A stretch of 55,602 nt of DNA from Cyanobacteria bacterium M_DeepCast_200m_mx_001 (GCA_016882415.1 VGQL01000001.1:1-55602); one strand, 5' to 3'; positions 38,253 through 50,764 are shown, counted from the stretch's first letter. Translations and numbers: made by a program. The notes: a model not told the origin generated them from the sequence alone.

Positions 38253-41048
38253 GTGCAGCCCCCCGCTGAACGCCTGACCCGCCCGCTGCGTTGGCTGGCG
38301 TGCCTGGGGCTGCTGCTGGCACTGGTGGTGGTGCTGCCCCGGTTGGTGATCGAGAGCCAGTGGTTTGCTCAGTTCGGCGCCGAGCCGGTGATCCTGCGGC
38401 GCTGGCTGCTGCAGCTGCTGGGCTTCGGCCTGGTGCTGGGGCTGGGGGTGCCGTTGCAGCTGCAGCAGCTGCGCCGTTGCTGGCGCCTGCGCCAGGGGGC
38501 CGCCCGCAAACAGCTGCCGGAGGCCCCCCTGCTGCGGCTGCGCCCCTGGGCCCTGCTGCTGCTGTTGGCCGGGCTGCTGCTGCTGCTGGCCGGTGGCCTC
38601 AGCTATCTGCTGGTGCAGGCCCGCGACCTGATTGCCGCCCCCTTCAGCGGCACGGTGATCACCGGCATTCCGGTGTTCGCCGACCTGCCCCCCTGGCTGT
38701 TCGTGGGGTTGGTGCTGGCGCTGGTGCCGCTGCTGCTGTGGGCGCCCTACACCAGCCTGCGGATCATCCTGGCGGCGGCCCTGGTGGCCAGCGCCACCGC
38801 CGTGGCCCGGGGCTGGAGCCTGTGGTTGCCGGCCCTGCTGGCGGCCCCCTTCGGGGAAGCGGATCCCCTCACCGGGTTTGATCTGAGCTTCACGGTGCTG
38901 CGGCTGCCGGCCCTGCACCTGCTGGTGAGTGTGGTGCTGGCCCAGGGCATGGTGGGCCTGGCGGGATGCCTGTGGCTCACCCTCAGCGAGGGCACCAGCC
39001 TCACCGACCTGCGCTTCCCCGGCCTCAGCCGTGATCAACAGCAGGTGCTGCAGCCCCAGTTGGCGGTGCTGGCGCTGATGGCGGCCCTCAGCAATGCCCT
39101 GGCCCCCTTCGACCTGATGGTGCAGGGCAGCGGCGTGGCCGCCGGCGCCGGCTTCGTGGATCTGCACGTGCGCCTCCCCCTGCGGCTGGTGCTGGCGCTG
39201 CTGCTGGCCCTCACGGGGCTGGGGCTGCTGGTGCCCACCCCTCGCAGCTGGTTGCGTCGGGTGGCCCTGGTGCCCCTGGTGTCCACCGCCCTGCTGGTGC
39301 CCTTCATGGAGTGGGTGGTGGCCCCGGTGGTGCAGCGCATCTGGGTGCAACCGCGGGAGCTGGAGCTGGAAACCCCCTACCTGCGCCGCAGCATCGCTGC
39401 CACCCGCCGTGCCTTCGGCCTCGAGGCGGTCCGGGATCTGGTGCTGCAGCCCCGCCAGGGGCTCACCGGCGCCGACCTGCAACAGGCCCCCGGCACCCTG
39501 GCCAACGTGCGGCTCTGGGACAGCATTCCGCTGCTGGAGGCCAATCGGCAGCTGCAGCAGCTGCGGCTCTACTACCGCTTCACCTCGGCGGCGGTGGATC
39601 GCTACCCCCTCAACGGTGATCCCCAGCGCCAGGGGTCGCAGCAGGTGCTGATCTCGGCCCGGGAGCTGGACAGCTCCGCCCTCACCCAGGACGCCCGCAC
39701 CTGGCTGAACCGCCATCTGGTGTTCACCCATGGCTACGGCTTCACGGTGTCGACGGTGAACACCGCCGGCCCGGACGGCCTGCCCCTCTATTTCGTCAAG
39801 GACCTGGGCCGCGGCCAGCAGGTGCAGGGCATTCCCCAGCTGGGCATCAGCGACCGGCAGGCCCAGGGGGCCCTGCCGGTGGGTCGCCCACGCCTCTACT
39901 ACGCCTCGGCCCCCTCCCCCTATGCGATCGCCCCCACCCAGGTGCGGGAGTTCGACTACCCGGAGGGGGAGCTCAATGTGTACTCCCACTACGACGGCGG
40001 CACGGGGGTGCCCATCCACGGACCCCTGGATCGCCTGATGGCGGCCCTCTACCTGCCGGAGCCGCGGCTGCTGTTCACCGGTTCGCTCAGCCCCTCCTCA
40101 CGGCTGCTGATCCGCCGCCAGGTAAACCAGCGGCTGGCGGCCCTGGCCCCCTTCCTGCGCTTTGAGAGCAAGCCCTATCTGGTGACGGCCCGGGTGCGCA
40201 ACAGCCCCGGCTTCCGGCCCGAGCACCACCAGTACTGGCTGCTGGATGGCTTCACGGTGAGCCGCAGCTACCCCTATTCCGACCCCAACCCGGCGGGGAT
40301 CCGCTATTACCGCAATCCGGTGAAGGCGGTGGTGGACGCCTACAACGGCCAGGTGTGGATGTACGTGAGCGATCCCACCGACCCCCTGCTGCGCACCTGG
40401 CGCCGCGCTTTCCCGGAGCTGTTCCGCCCCCTGGCGGCCATGCCCCCCGAGCTGCTGGCCCACATCCAGGTGCCCCAGAGCCAGTTCCAGGTGCAGGCGG
40501 AGCGGTTGCTGCGCTACCACGTCACCAACGTGCGCACCTTCTACAACGGGGACGACGTCTGGGCGATCCCCCAGGAGATCTACGGCAGCACCACCACCGC
40601 CGTGCGGCCGTACCACGTGACCGTGCAGCTGCCGGGCCAGACCAGGCCGGAGTTTGTGCTGCTGCTGCCGTTCACCCCCCTGCGGCGCCCCAACATGGTG
40701 GGTTGGCTGGCGGCCCGCAACGACCCCCCCCACTACGGGGAGTTGTTCCTGGTGCGCTTCCCCCAGCAGCGGCTGCTGCTGGGCCCGCAGCAGATTTCGG
40801 CCCTGATCGAGCAGGACCCGGCCATCAGCTATCAGTTCGGCCTCTGGAACCGGGAGGGGTCCCGCCTGGTGCGGGGCAACCTGCTGGTGTTGCCGGTGGG
40901 CCAGGGGCTCCTCTATGTGGAGCCCATCTACCTGCAGAGCACCAGCAACGCCCTGCCCACCCTGGTGCGGGTGGTGGTCACCGATGGCCGCCGCTTCGTG
41001 ATGGAGCGCAGTCTGCAGGATGCCCTGCGCAAGCTGGTGGCCGGCTGA
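38253..41048 (+). CDS. UPF0182 family membrane protein
   Basis: ESQWFAQFG, DPLTGFDLSF, NVRLWD, HLVFTHGYG, GNLLVLP, YVEPIYL. Confidence 0.92.
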   Translation: MQPPAERLTRPLRWLACLGLLLALVVVLPRLVIESQWFAQFGAEPVILRRWLLQLLGFGLVLGLGVPLQLQQLRRCWRLRQGAARKQLPEAPLLRLRPWALLLLLAGLLLLLAGGLSYLLVQARDLIAAPFSGTVITGIPVFADLPPWLFVGLVLALVPLLLWAPYTSLRIILAAALVASATAVARGWSLWLPALLAAPFGEADPLTGFDLSFTVLRLPALHLLVSVVLAQGMVGLAGCLWLTLSEGTSLTDLRFPGLSRDQQQVLQPQLAVLALMAALSNALAPFDLMVQGSGVAAGAGFVDLHVRLPLRLVLALLLALTGLGLLVPTPRSWLRRVALVPLVSTALLVPFMEWVVAPVVQRIWVQPRELELETPYLRRSIAATRRAFGLEAVRDLVLQPRQGLTGADLQQAPGTLANVRLWDSIPLLEANRQLQQLRLYYRFTSAAVDRYPLNGDPQRQGSQQVLISARELDSSALTQDARTWLNRHLVFTHGYGFTVSTVNTAGPDGLPLYFVKDLGRGQQVQGIPQLGISDRQAQGALPVGRPRLYYASAPSPYAIAPTQVREFDYPEGELNVYSHYDGGTGVPIHGPLDRLMAALYLPEPRLLFTGSLSPSSRLLIRRQVNQRLAALAPFLRFESKPYLVTARVRNSPGFRPEHHQYWLLDGFTVSRSYPYSDPNPAGIRYYRNPVKAVVDAYNGQVWMYVSDPTDPLLRTWRRAFPELFRPLAAMPPELLAHIQVPQSQFQVQAERLLRYHVTNVRTFYNGDDVWAIPQEIYGSTTTAVRPYHVTVQLPGQTRPEFVLLLPFTPLRRPNMVGWLAARNDPPHYGELFLVRFPQQRLLLGPQQISALIEQDPAISYQFGLWNREGSRLVRGNLLVLPVGQGLLYVEPIYLQSTSNALPTLVRVVVTDGRRFVMERSLQDALRKLVAG

Positions 41049-41069
41049 GACTGGGGGCGGAGCCAGGCG

Positions 41070-41094
41070 AAAAAAAAGGGGCCCGCAGGCCCCC
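41070..41094 (-). terminator. Rho-independent terminator of fbaA
   Basis: Minus strand GGGGGCC-TGCG-GGCCCC followed by T8. Confidence 0.85.
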
Positions 41095-41117
41095 GGTGTG
41101 CTTGATCGAGCCTGGGG

Positions 41118-42191
41118 TCAGGCGGCAACGGCGGTCTTGGGGTCGAGGGCGCCCTTGGCGTACAGATCGGCGTAGTAGTTGATGTCGCGCTGCTTGATCT
41201 TGCTGGCGTTGCCGGCGCACCAGAACTGCTGGTAGCGATCCAGGCACACCTGCTTCATGTAGGCCCGGGCGGGCTTGTTGAAGTGGCGGGGATCGAAGTT
41301 GGCGGGATCCTTGGCGGCGGCCTCACGGATGGCGGCGGTGAAGGCCAGGCGGTTATCGGTGTCGATGTTCACCTTGCGCACGCCGTTGCGGATGCCCTCC
41401 TGGATCTCCTCCACGGGCACGCCGTAGGTCTCGGGGATGGCACCGCCGAACTTGTTGATCATGTCCAGCCATTCCTGGGGCACGGAGGAGGAGCCGTGCA
41501 TCACCAGGTGGGTGTTGGGGATGGCCTTGTGGATTTCAGCGATGCGGCTGATGGCCAGCACTTCACCGGTGGGCTTGCGGGTGAACTTGTAGGCGCCGTG
41601 GCTGGTGCCGATGGCGATGGCCAGGGCATCCACCTTGGTCTTGGCCACGAAGTCGGCGGCCTCGGCGGGGTCGGTCAGCAGTTGGCTGTGGTCGAGCTTG
41701 CCCTCGAAGCCATGGCCGTCCTCGGCCTCACCCATGCCGGTTTCCAGGGAGCCCAGGCAGCCCAGCTCGCCCTCCACGCTCACGCCGATGGCGTGGGCCA
41801 CATCCACCACTTCTTTGGTGACGGCCACGTTGTACTCGTAGCTGGCCGGGGTCTTGGCGTCGGCCATCAGCGAGCCGTCCATCATCACGGAGGTGAAGCC
41901 GTTGGCGGCGGCGCCGTAGCAGGTGGCGGGGCTGTTGCCGTGGTCCTGGTGCATCACCACCGGGATGTCCGGGTAGGTCTCCACGGCGGCCAGGATCAGG
42001 TGGCGCAGGAAGCTCTCACCGGCGTACTGGCGGGCGCCGCGGGAGGCCTGCAGGATCACCGGGGAGTCGGTTTCGTAGGCCGCCTCCATGATCGACTGCA
42101 CCTGCTCCAGGTTGTTCACGTTGAAGGCAGGGATGCCGTAGCCGTTTTCAGCGGCGTGGTCCAGCAGCAGCCGAAGCGGAACGAGCGCCAT
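41118..42191 (-). CDS. fbaA: Fructose-bisphosphate aldolase class II
   Basis: [36 protein letters not shown]. Confidence 0.97.
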   Translation of the reverse strand: MALVPLRLLLDHAAENGYGIPAFNVNNLEQVQSIMEAAYETDSPVILQASRGARQYAGESFLRHLILAAVETYPDIPVVMHQDHGNSPATCYGAAANGFTSVMMDGSLMADAKTPASYEYNVAVTKEVVDVAHAIGVSVEGELGCLGSLETGMGEAEDGHGFEGKLDHSQLLTDPAEAADFVAKTKVDALAIAIGTSHGAYKFTRKPTGEVLAISRIAEIHKAIPNTHLVMHGSSSVPQEWLDMINKFGGAIPETYGVPVEEIQEGIRNGVRKVNIDTDNRLAFTAAIREAAAKDPANFDPRHFNKPARAYMKQVCLDRYQQFWCAGNASKIKQRDINYYADLYAKGALDPKTAVAA

Positions 42192-42254
42192 GGGGAGAAA
42201 CCGTGTTGGGAATGCGGGGGATCCTAACTGGCGCCTTTTCGGCAGCCCCCCGGC

Positions 42255-43376
42255 TCAGATGGGCTGCCGCAAACCGCTGTCGGCGGCCTGCAGGGCCCGG
42301 TCGCACACCCGTTGGCTGAGCACCGCCTCCCCCAGGCCCGGCAGCATCGGACGGCGCTCCAGGGCGGCCTCGGCCCACCACTGGATCAACCGCCGCACCG
42401 GCGCCACCCGGCCATCGGGCCAGGTGTGGCCAAAGGCCAGGGCCGGATCGGGCGCTAACTCCAGCAGCTCGCCGCCATTGCGGGAGCGCCACAGCTGGAA
42501 GCCGTGCACGTAATCCGCCTGGTTGGGGGAGCCCAGCACCAGGGTGCCCGCACTGCCGTACACCTCAATCCAGTAGCCCCGGCCGGGTCGGGTCACCGCC
42601 GCCAGGCTCACCTGGGCCGGCAGCCGCCGCCCGCTGCCGGTGTCCAGCTCCAGCTGCAGTAGGGCGATGTCCTCCGCGTCCACGGCCCCAAGGCGGCCGC
42701 TGCCATCCGGCAGGGGGCGCTCCGGGATGGCGGTGCTGCGCAGGGCGCTCACCGAGCGGGTGGGGCCCACCAGCCAATGGAGCGTGTCAAAGGCGTGGGT
42801 GCCCAACGACCCCAGCACTCCACCGCCGGCGGCCCGCTGGGAGTACCAGTTCCAGGGGCGTGAACCATCGGCGCGGCTGCCCATCAGCCAGTCGAGCTTC
42901 ACCAGCCACGGATCCCCCACGGCCCCCTGCTGGAGCAGGGCCGCCAGCTGCTGAAAGGCCGGCACCGCCCGGTATTCGAAATCCACCGCCACGGTGACCC
43001 CCGCCGCCAGGGCCTGGCGCTGCAGCTCCTCGATCTGCTCGGCCTCCAGGGCCACCGGTTTCTCCAGCAGCAGGTGTTTGCCGGCGGCGATGGCCGCCTG
43101 GGCCAGGGCGAAACGGGGCTCCGGCGGCGTGGCGATCACCAGGGCCTGCACCCGTGGGTCCTCCAGCAGGGCTTCGAACTGGGCAAAGCCCGGCAGACCC
43201 GTGGCGCTGCAGGCCTGCTGCAACCGCTCCGGCCGGTGGTGCCAGAGGGCCACCGGCTCGGTGAGCGGGCAATCGATCAGGGCCGGCAGGTGCACCTTCT
43301 CGCCGAACCCAAGCCCCACCAGGGCCACCCCCAGGGGCCGCGGAGCAGTGGCGCTGGAAGCGGGTGAGGCGATCAC
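42255..43376 (-). CDS. Gfo/Idh/MocA oxidoreductase
   Basis: VGLGFG, LLEKPVA, GGGVLGSLGTHAFD. Confidence 0.88.
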   Translation of the reverse strand: MIASPASSATAPRPLGVALVGLGFGEKVHLPALIDCPLTEPVALWHHRPERLQQACSATGLPGFAQFEALLEDPRVQALVIATPPEPRFALAQAAIAAGKHLLLEKPVALEAEQIEELQRQALAAGVTVAVDFEYRAVPAFQQLAALLQQGAVGDPWLVKLDWLMGSRADGSRPWNWYSQRAAGGGVLGSLGTHAFDTLHWLVGPTRSVSALRSTAIPERPLPDGSGRLGAVDAEDIALLQLELDTGSGRRLPAQVSLAAVTRPGRGYWIEVYGSAGTLVLGSPNQADYVHGFQLWRSRNGGELLELAPDPALAFGHTWPDGRVAPVRRLIQWWAEAALERRPMLPGLGEAVLSQRVCDRALQAADSGLRQPI

Positions 43377-43395
43377 GGGCTGGGGGGCGGGCTGC

Positions 43396-43826
43396 TCAGG
43401 AGCCTGCCAGCAGGTCGACCCCGGCGGCGCAAACCGCTTCGATGGTGGCTTCGATCAGGCCATCACCAGCGGCCACCTGCCAGCTGCTGCCCCACTGGGG
43501 AATGCCGTTGATGGAGGTGTCGCGGAACAGATCCTGGCCGCAGTCGATCTCCATCACGTAGAGGTCGCTGGCGGGGGGGCGCGGTTCGCTGCCGTCGCGG
43601 TTCAGAGGCTGATCGGCGGGGGGCGCCGGCTGGAAGCGGCTGAGCACCGTGAGGTTGCCCTCGCGGTTGATCCGCAGGCTGCCGGCATCCCACCACTGCC
43701 GGCCCTCGGGCCCCTGGGCCACCTCGTGCCAGTCCACCGGGCCGGCCCAGGCCGGCGCGGCCAGCAGCAGCAGACCTGCGCTCAGGACAGCGCAGAGGAC
43801 TGTGCAAAACGCCGCCAGAAGGCGCC

Positions 43827-43830
<4 letters not shown>
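43396..43830 (-). CDS. Secreted/periplasmic hypothetical protein
   Basis: TTG start overlapping the accD stop; signal peptide ending AWA; EGRQWWD, YVMEIDC. Confidence 0.72.
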
Positions 43831-44702
<872 letters not shown>

Positions 44703-44740
44703 GCGGGTGGGCGGTGTCCGTGACACTGAAGGTCAATCCA

Positions 44741-45580
44741 TTAAAGGGTGGACCAGCCCAGTGGGCCCCCCAGTTGTTGCAGCCAGAACGGGTTGCCGAG
44801 GCACCACACCGCCAGGCCACCGATGGCCAGGAAGGGGCCGAAGGGGAAGGGCTGACCGCGCTTGAGCCGGCCGCTGGCCAGGCCGATCAGACCGATCAGG
44901 GCGCCGGCGAACACCGCCAGCAGCACCGCGAGCCCCAGGCCGGTGGGGCCGAGCCAGGCCCCCAGCAGGGCCGCCAATTTGGCGTCCCCCAACCCCAGGG
45001 CGGGCTTGCCCAGCAGCCGTTGGGCCAGGGCACTGGTGGCTTCAAACCCCAGCAGGCCGGCGCTGGCCGCCAGCAGATGCCAGAAGAGCAGGATGCGGCC
45101 GGGGCCATCCCCCTGGCTGAAGCCCGCCACGGCGGTCACCACCAGCCCCAGCACCACCCCCCAGCGGCAGAGGGGCTCCGGCAGCCAGAGGTGGTCGAGG
45201 TCGATCAGCAGCAGCGGCACCAACAGCGCCACCAGCAGCCCGCCCGCCAGGGGCGACAGCCCAGCCGGGGCCCCCGCCGCCAGCGGGGAGGGCGCCGCCA
45301 GGGCGGCCGCCACGAACAGCCCGGCCACCAGCAGCTCCACCGCCGGGTAGCGCAGGCCGATGGGGGCACGGCAATGGCCGCAGCGGCCCCGCAGCAGCAG
45401 CCAGCTCAGCACCGGAATGTTCTCAAACCAGCGCAGGCGGCTGCCGCAGTGGGGGCAGTGGCTGCGGGGGTGCACCACCGATTCCTGCCGCGGCAGGCGC
45501 CAGGCCACCACGTTGAGGAAACTGCCCACGCAGGCCCCCAGCAGGGCGATCCACAGCAGGGCCAGGGGTGGTAGGGCCAT
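44741..45580 (-). CDS. pilD: Prepilin peptidase (A24)
   Basis: GSFLNVV, CPHC/CGHC, LLIDLDH, GLGDAKL, PFGPFL. Confidence 0.93.
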   Translation of the reverse strand: MALPPLALLWIALLGACVGSFLNVVAWRLPRQESVVHPRSHCPHCGSRLRWFENIPVLSWLLLRGRCGHCRAPIGLRYPAVELLVAGLFVAAALAAPSPLAAGAPAGLSPLAGGLLVALLVPLLLIDLDHLWLPEPLCRWGVVLGLVVTAVAGFSQGDGPGRILLFWHLLAASAGLLGFEATSALAQRLLGKPALGLGDAKLAALLGAWLGPTGLGLAVLLAVFAGALIGLIGLASGRLKRGQPFPFGPFLAIGGLAVWCLGNPFWLQQLGGPLGWSTL

Positions 45581-45585
45581 GGGCG

Positions 45586-45879
45586 TCAGCTGCGCACAAC
45601 GGGGCGGTTGGGCCGGCTGCGACCCTGCCGGCCCCGCACCAGTTCCAGGGGGATGAACTGTTCGGCGGGCAAGAGCACCGGCAGCTCAAACACCACCCGG
45701 CCAGCGCCGGCGTCTGCGGCGATCACAATGCCGAGGGGATCACTGGATCCGGAGCAGCGCTCCAGGAAGGCGTAGTAAATGCGACGGGCCCGGCCGATGG
45801 CCTCGGCGCTGTTGATGCGATCCCAGCGGGGCTGCAGCCCCGCCGCCGAGGGCGGAGCACCACCCGCCCCGTGGATCAC
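45586..45879 (-). CDS. Hypothetical protein
   Basis: ARRIYY, GRVVFELPVLLPAEQFI; fills the gap co-directionally. Confidence 0.65.
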   Translation of the reverse strand: MIHGAGGAPPSAAGLQPRWDRINSAEAIGRARRIYYAFLERCSGSSDPLGIVIAADAGAGRVVFELPVLLPAEQFIPLELVRGRQGRSRPNRPVVRS

Positions 45880-45947
45880 GAAGGACGGGGGGCGCTGAGG
45901 CTCCGGTGGACTTGGTGCAGGGAACGGAATGGGCCCGGCCGGTGGCT

Positions 45948-45975
45948 CCGTTGCGCCTCAGGTTAGGCGCAGCGG
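45948..45975. terminator. Stem-loop after prk (no U-tract)
   Basis: CCGTTGCGCCT-caggtt-AGGCGCAGCGG. Confidence 0.45.
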
Positions 45976-45979
45976 GCCA

Positions 45980-46879
45980 TCAGGCCAGTTTCTTCTCCTC
46001 AATCATGCGGTGGATCACCGGGGTGAGGATCAGCTCCATGGCGAATCCCATTTTGCCGCCGTTCACCACGATCGAGGTGGGGCTGGACATGAACGAATCG
46101 TGGATCATGTCGAGCAGGTAGGTGAAGTCGATCCCCCACTTCTCCCGGGCCCCCTTGCGGAAGTGAATGATCACGAAGGATTCATCCGGGGTGGGGATGT
46201 TCCGGATCATGAACGGGTTCGAGGTGTCCACGGTGGGCACCCGCTGGAAGTTGATGTCCGTCTGGCTGAACTGCGGGCAGATGTGGTTGATGTAATCCGG
46301 CATGCGGCGCAGGATCGTGTCCACCGTGGCTTCGGCCGAGTAGCCCCGTTCGTGGTTGTCGCGGGCGATCTTCTGGATCCACTCCAGGTTCACGATCGGC
46401 ACCACGCCCACCAGCAGATCCGCCAGGCCGGCCACGTCGTAGCCGTCACCCTTCACGCCTCCGTGCAGGCCCTCGTAGAAGAGCAGGTCGGTGCCGGAGG
46501 GGATGGTTTCCCAGGGGGTGAACTGGCCGGGTTCCAGGTTGGTGCCGAGGCGGGCGTTGTGGTCGGCCGCCTCCTCCACGGAGTGCAGGTAGTAGCGCTT
46601 CTGGCCGCTGCCGGTTTGGCCGTAGGTGCGGAACAGCTCCTCGAGCTTGTCGAACAGGTTGGCTTCCGGGCCGAAGTGGGAGAAATTTTCCCCCTTGGCC
46701 AGGGCGGAGGCCATGGCCTCCTTCATGGGGCCGCGCTCAAAGCGGTGGTAGCTGTCGCCCTCCACCACCGCCGGGGTGATGCCTTCGCGCTTGAAGATGT
46801 GCTCAAACGCGCGTTTGACCGTGCTGGTGCCTGCGCCGGAGGAACCGGTGACGGACACGACCGGGTGACGCTTCGACAT
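45980..46879 (-). CDS. prk: Phosphoribulokinase, proteobacterial type
   Basis: MSKRHPVVSVTGSSGAGT, YEGLHG, NFQRVPTVDTSNPF. Confidence 0.96.
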   Translation of the reverse strand: MSKRHPVVSVTGSSGAGTSTVKRAFEHIFKREGITPAVVEGDSYHRFERGPMKEAMASALAKGENFSHFGPEANLFDKLEELFRTYGQTGSGQKRYYLHSVEEAADHNARLGTNLEPGQFTPWETIPSGTDLLFYEGLHGGVKGDGYDVAGLADLLVGVVPIVNLEWIQKIARDNHERGYSAEATVDTILRRMPDYINHICPQFSQTDINFQRVPTVDTSNPFMIRNIPTPDESFVIIHFRKGAREKWGIDFTYLLDMIHDSFMSSPTSIVVNGGKMGFAMELILTPVIHRMIEEKKLA

Positions 46880-46928
46880 GCGCAGGATCAGCAGAACATG
46901 GGGGAGTTTGGCAGGTCGCCGCCCCGGT

Positions 46929-48011
46929 TCAGCTCTCCAGGGCGGCCAGCAGGTGATCCCCCATGGCGCGGCAACCCACCAGGGTGCAGCCCTCCGCCAT
47001 CAGATCGCCGGTGCGCAGCCCCTGGGCCAGCACCCGGTCCACCGCCTGCTCCAGGTCGGTGGCGGCGGCGTCCTGCTGGAGCCCCACCCGCAGCAGCATG
47101 GCGGCGCTGAGCACCATGGCCATCGGGTTGGCCTTGTCCTGCCCGGCGATGTCGGGGGCGGAGCCGTGGATGGGCTCAAACAGCCCCGGCCCGCTGGAGC
47201 CCAGGGAGGCGGAGGGCAACATGCCGATGGAGCCGCTGAGCATGGCGGCCTCATCGCTGAGGATGTCGCCGAACAGGTTGCTGGTGAGCAGCACGTCGAA
47301 CTGGCGGGGGTTGCGCACCAGCTGCATGGCGGCGTTGTCCACGTACATGTGGCTGAGCTCAACGCCGGGGTAGCTGGCGGCATGCAGGGCCTCCACCCGG
47401 TCGCGCCACAGCTGGCTCACATCCAGCACGTTGGCCTTGTCCACGCTGCAGAGGCGACCGCTGCGTTGTTGGGCCAGGTCGAAGCCCACCTTGGCGATGC
47501 GGTCGATCTCATCGTCGAAATAGGCCATGGTGTTGAAACCGCGCACGCGGCCATCGGCCTCAACGCGGCCCTTGGGGGTGCCGAAGTACACCCCGCCGGT
47601 GAGCTCCCGCACCACCAGCAGGTCCACCCCTTCGATCACCTCGCGTTTGAGGGTGGATGCGTCGATCAGGGCCGGAATGATCTTCACCGGCCGCAGGTTG
47701 GCGAACAGCCCCAGCCCGGCCCGCAGCCCCAGCAGGCCGGTTTCGGGCCGCTTCTCCCGCGGCAGGCTGTCGTACTGGGGAGAGCCGATCGCCGCCAGCA
47801 GCACCGCATCGGCGTTGCGGCAGGCCTCCAGGGTGCTGGCGGGCAGTGGCTCGCCGGTGGCGTCGATGGCGCAGCCCCCCATGGGCTGCTCGTCGTAGTG
47901 GAGGCTGAAGCCGTGGCGGCGGCTCACCGCATCCAGCAGCTGCCGGGCCACCGCCGTGATCTCCGGGCCGATGCCATCGCCGGGGAGCAGGGTGATCCGG
48001 TAGCTGGTCAT
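46929..48011 (-). CDS. leuB: 3-isopropylmalate dehydrogenase
   Basis: [36 protein letters not shown]. Confidence 0.97.
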   Translation of the reverse strand: MTSYRITLLPGDGIGPEITAVARQLLDAVSRRHGFSLHYDEQPMGGCAIDATGEPLPASTLEACRNADAVLLAAIGSPQYDSLPREKRPETGLLGLRAGLGLFANLRPVKIIPALIDASTLKREVIEGVDLLVVRELTGGVYFGTPKGRVEADGRVRGFNTMAYFDDEIDRIAKVGFDLAQQRSGRLCSVDKANVLDVSQLWRDRVEALHAASYPGVELSHMYVDNAAMQLVRNPRQFDVLLTSNLFGDILSDEAAMLSGSIGMLPSASLGSSGPGLFEPIHGSAPDIAGQDKANPMAMVLSAAMLLRVGLQQDAAATDLEQAVDRVLAQGLRTGDLMAEGCTLVGCRAMGDHLLAALES

Positions 48012-48039
48012 GGTGTACGGCGGTGGCCAGGCCGCGAGG

Positions 48040-49122
48040 CTACGCGTCGGTGGGGGTGCGGCCTTTCTCCAGCTGGCGGATGGCTTTGGTGAGCTCCGGC
48101 AGTTTGTTGAAGGCGGCGGAGCAGCGCAGCCAGAGACGGTTGGGGATGGCGGGGTAGCCGCTCACCACCTCGCCGGCGGCCACCTCGCCGTGGATGCCCG
48201 ATTTGGAGGAGGCGATCGAGCGGTCGCCCATCACCGCCTTGTTGGCCAGGCCCACCTGGCCCGCCAGGATCACGCCGTTGCCGAGCCGGGCGCCGCCGGC
48301 GATGCCCACCTGGGCCGCCAGGGCGCAGCCCTTGCCGGTGGTCACCCCGTGCCCCACATGCACCAGGTTGTCGATCTTGGTGCCGGCGCCGATGCGGGTT
48401 TCGCCCACCGACGGGCGATCGATGGTGCTGCCGCAGCCCACCTCCACGCCGTCCTCCAGCACCACCAGGCCGGTCTGCGGCATCTTGCGCCAGCCGCTGG
48501 CGGTGGGCACGAAGCCGAAGCCCTCGCTGCCCACCACGGCGTTGGAGTGCACCACGCAGCCCCGCCCCAGGCGGGAGCCGGGGTGCAGCACCGCCCCGGC
48601 GTGCAGCTCACAGCCCTCGCCGATCTGCACGTCGTCGTAGATCACCACCTGGGGGTGGATGGTGCAGCCGGCACCGATCTGCACCGCCGCACCGACCACG
48701 CTGAAGGCGCCCACATGGCTGCCCATGCCCACCACGGCGGAGGGGTCCACCACGGCGCTGGGGTGGATGCCCGGGGGCTTGGGTTGGCGTGGGTAGAGGG
48801 CATCGAGGGCCTCGGCGAAGCCCAGGCGCGGATCCGCTAGGGCGATCCAGGCCATGCCGGCGGCCGTGGCCTGGCTCTGCAGGGCGGCGGCCTCCTCCCC
48901 CTTGGAGGGCAGCAACAGGGCGGAGGCCTGGCTGGCGGCCAGGGCCGCCGCCAGGGCATTGCCCGGCTCCAGGAAGCTGAGCTGCCCTGCCTGGGCCTGG
49001 TCCAGGGCGGCGGCGGCCAGGAGCTCGGGGTCCGGCCCCAGGTGGTGGGCCAGGGCCGTGCTGCCGAGTCCGCCGCCGGCCTGCACTTCGCTGAGGCGGT
49101 TGAGCAGGTCGCTGAAGCGCAT
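48040..49122 (-). CDS. lpxD: UDP-3-O-acylglucosamine N-acyltransferase
   Basis: Hexapeptide repeats, [18 protein letters not shown]. Confidence 0.95.
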   Translation of the reverse strand: MRFSDLLNRLSEVQAGGGLGSTALAHHLGPDPELLAAAALDQAQAGQLSFLEPGNALAAALAASQASALLLPSKGEEAAALQSQATAAGMAWIALADPRLGFAEALDALYPRQPKPPGIHPSAVVDPSAVVGMGSHVGAFSVVGAAVQIGAGCTIHPQVVIYDDVQIGEGCELHAGAVLHPGSRLGRGCVVHSNAVVGSEGFGFVPTASGWRKMPQTGLVVLEDGVEVGCGSTIDRPSVGETRIGAGTKIDNLVHVGHGVTTGKGCALAAQVGIAGGARLGNGVILAGQVGLANKAVMGDRSIASSKSGIHGEVAAGEVVSGYPAIPNRLWLRCSAAFNKLPELTKAIRQLEKGRTPTDA

Positions 49123-49160
49123 GGAACCCCGGGCCGTCGGCCGGATCGTAGGGCCGCTGG

Positions 49161-50228
49161 CTAGGGGATCAGCACCAGCTGATCGCGGTGCACCACCAGG
49201 CCCCGCTGCCCCTTGCACCGCTGCAGCTCGGCGCTGTCCATGGCGCTGAGGCCGCGGGCCAGTTCACGGCCGTCGAGGCTGAGCACCCGCACCGGTTCAT
49301 GGCGGGCAAACTCCCCCTCCACGGTTTGCACCCCCGCCGCCAGCAGCGAGGCCCCCTGGCGCAGCAGGGCCTGTTCGGCACCGGCATCCACGGTGATCGA
49401 ACCCTTGGGCACCAGGGCATGGGCCAGCCAGCCCTTGCGGTGGCTGAGGGGGGTGGTGCTGGCGCGGAACAGGGTGCCCACGGCCTCCCCCGCCAGCAGC
49501 CGTTCCAGCACCTGCGGGTCGCGGCCGTCGGCCAGGCGCACCTGGATGCCGCTGGCGGTGGCGATGCGGGCCGCCGCCAGTTTGGTGGTCATGCCGCCGG
49601 TGCCCCAGCGGCCGCCGCCCCTGGCCACACCGCTGAGGGCCTCCAGCTCCGCCAGGCTGTTCACCACCGCAATCGGCCTGGCATCGGCATCGCTGCGGGG
49701 GTCGCCGCTGTAGAGGCTGTCGATGTCGGTGAGCAGCACCAGCTCATCGGCCTCCACCGCTACCGCCACCAGGGCGGAGAGGGTGTCGTTGTCGCCGAAC
49801 CTCAGCTCTTCGGTGGCCAGGGTGTCGTTTTCATTGATCACCGGGGTGACGCCCCAGGCCAGCAGCTGCTCGAGGGTGCGGCAGGCGTTCTGGTAGCGGC
49901 GGCGGGAGGCCAGGTCGCTGCGGGTGAGCAGCACCTGGGCGACGCAGCGGCCGTGGCGGGCGAAGGCCTGGTCGTAGAGGGTCATCAGGCGGCCCTGGCC
50001 CACGGCGGCGGCCGCCTGCAGTCCCTCCAGTTCGGCAGGCCGCTGGCCCAGGTCCAGGGCGTGGCAGCCGAGGCCCACGGCGCCGCTGGTGACCAGCACC
50101 ACCGGCTCCTGGCGGCCCCAGAGCCCGCAAAGGCTGGTGGCCAGCTCGCCGATCACCGCCTCGGTGCCGCGCTCCGGCGAGCCCCGCAGCAGGCTCGTGC
50201 CCACCTTGATCACCCGGCGGGTTCCCAT
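49161..50228 (-). CDS. proB: Glutamate 5-kinase
   Basis: [33 protein letters not shown] domain. Confidence 0.96.
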   Translation of the reverse strand: MGTRRVIKVGTSLLRGSPERGTEAVIGELATSLCGLWGRQEPVVLVTSGAVGLGCHALDLGQRPAELEGLQAAAAVGQGRLMTLYDQAFARHGRCVAQVLLTRSDLASRRRYQNACRTLEQLLAWGVTPVINENDTLATEELRFGDNDTLSALVAVAVEADELVLLTDIDSLYSGDPRSDADARPIAVVNSLAELEALSGVARGGGRWGTGGMTTKLAAARIATASGIQVRLADGRDPQVLERLLAGEAVGTLFRASTTPLSHRKGWLAHALVPKGSITVDAGAEQALLRQGASLLAAGVQTVEGEFARHEPVRVLSLDGRELARGLSAMDSAELQRCKGQRGLVVHRDQLVLIP

Positions 50229-50229
50229 C

Positions 50230-50751
50230 TCAGCTGATCGGGGCCCCCGAGAGCCGGGCCAGGCTCACCTCGAGCCGCTGCCAGCGGTCGTGGCGGCAGG
50301 GTTGTCCGTCGGCGTTCACCGGCTTCACCAGCACGGTGAACAGCCCCAGGCGGTTGCCCACCAGCACATCGGTGAACACGCGGTCGCCCACCAGGGCCAC
50401 CTGGGCGGGGGGCAGCGCCAGCCCATCCAGCACCCGCCGCAGGGGCCCGCGCCGTGGTTTGCCGGCGCTGGTGGTGAAGGGCACCCCCAGCTGCTCGGCC
50501 ACGCCGCCGATGCGGCTGCGGGAGGGGTTGTTGCTGAACAGATGCAGGGGGAGTTGCGCCTGCGCCTGCCGCAGCCACTGCTCCATGGCGGGCGGCAGTT
50601 CGCAGCCGCGATGGGGAAGCAGGGTGCGGTCCACATCCAGCACCAGGGCACGGATGCCGCGCTCCAGCAGATGCTCAAGCGGGAGCTCCGCCAGGGTGCC
50701 CTGGGCCACCCAGTCGGGCTGCAGCAGGTCGGTGAGGGAGGCGCGGCTCAC
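50230..50751 (-). CDS. YqeG-family HAD IIIA phosphatase
   Basis: DVDRTL, FSNN, GKP, VGDRVFTD. Confidence 0.9.
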   Translation of the reverse strand: MSRASLTDLLQPDWVAQGTLAELPLEHLLERGIRALVLDVDRTLLPHRGCELPPAMEQWLRQAQAQLPLHLFSNNPSRSRIGGVAEQLGVPFTTSAGKPRRGPLRRVLDGLALPPAQVALVGDRVFTDVLVGNRLGLFTVLVKPVNADGQPCRHDRWQRLEVSLARLSGAPIS

Positions 50752-50764
50752 GGCTGGGGTGTCC

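Noticed and set aside
45980-46879. Proteobacterial-type prk as recent horizontal transfer
   Set aside because: Established ancestral trait of alpha-cyanobacteria; codon usage matches the host
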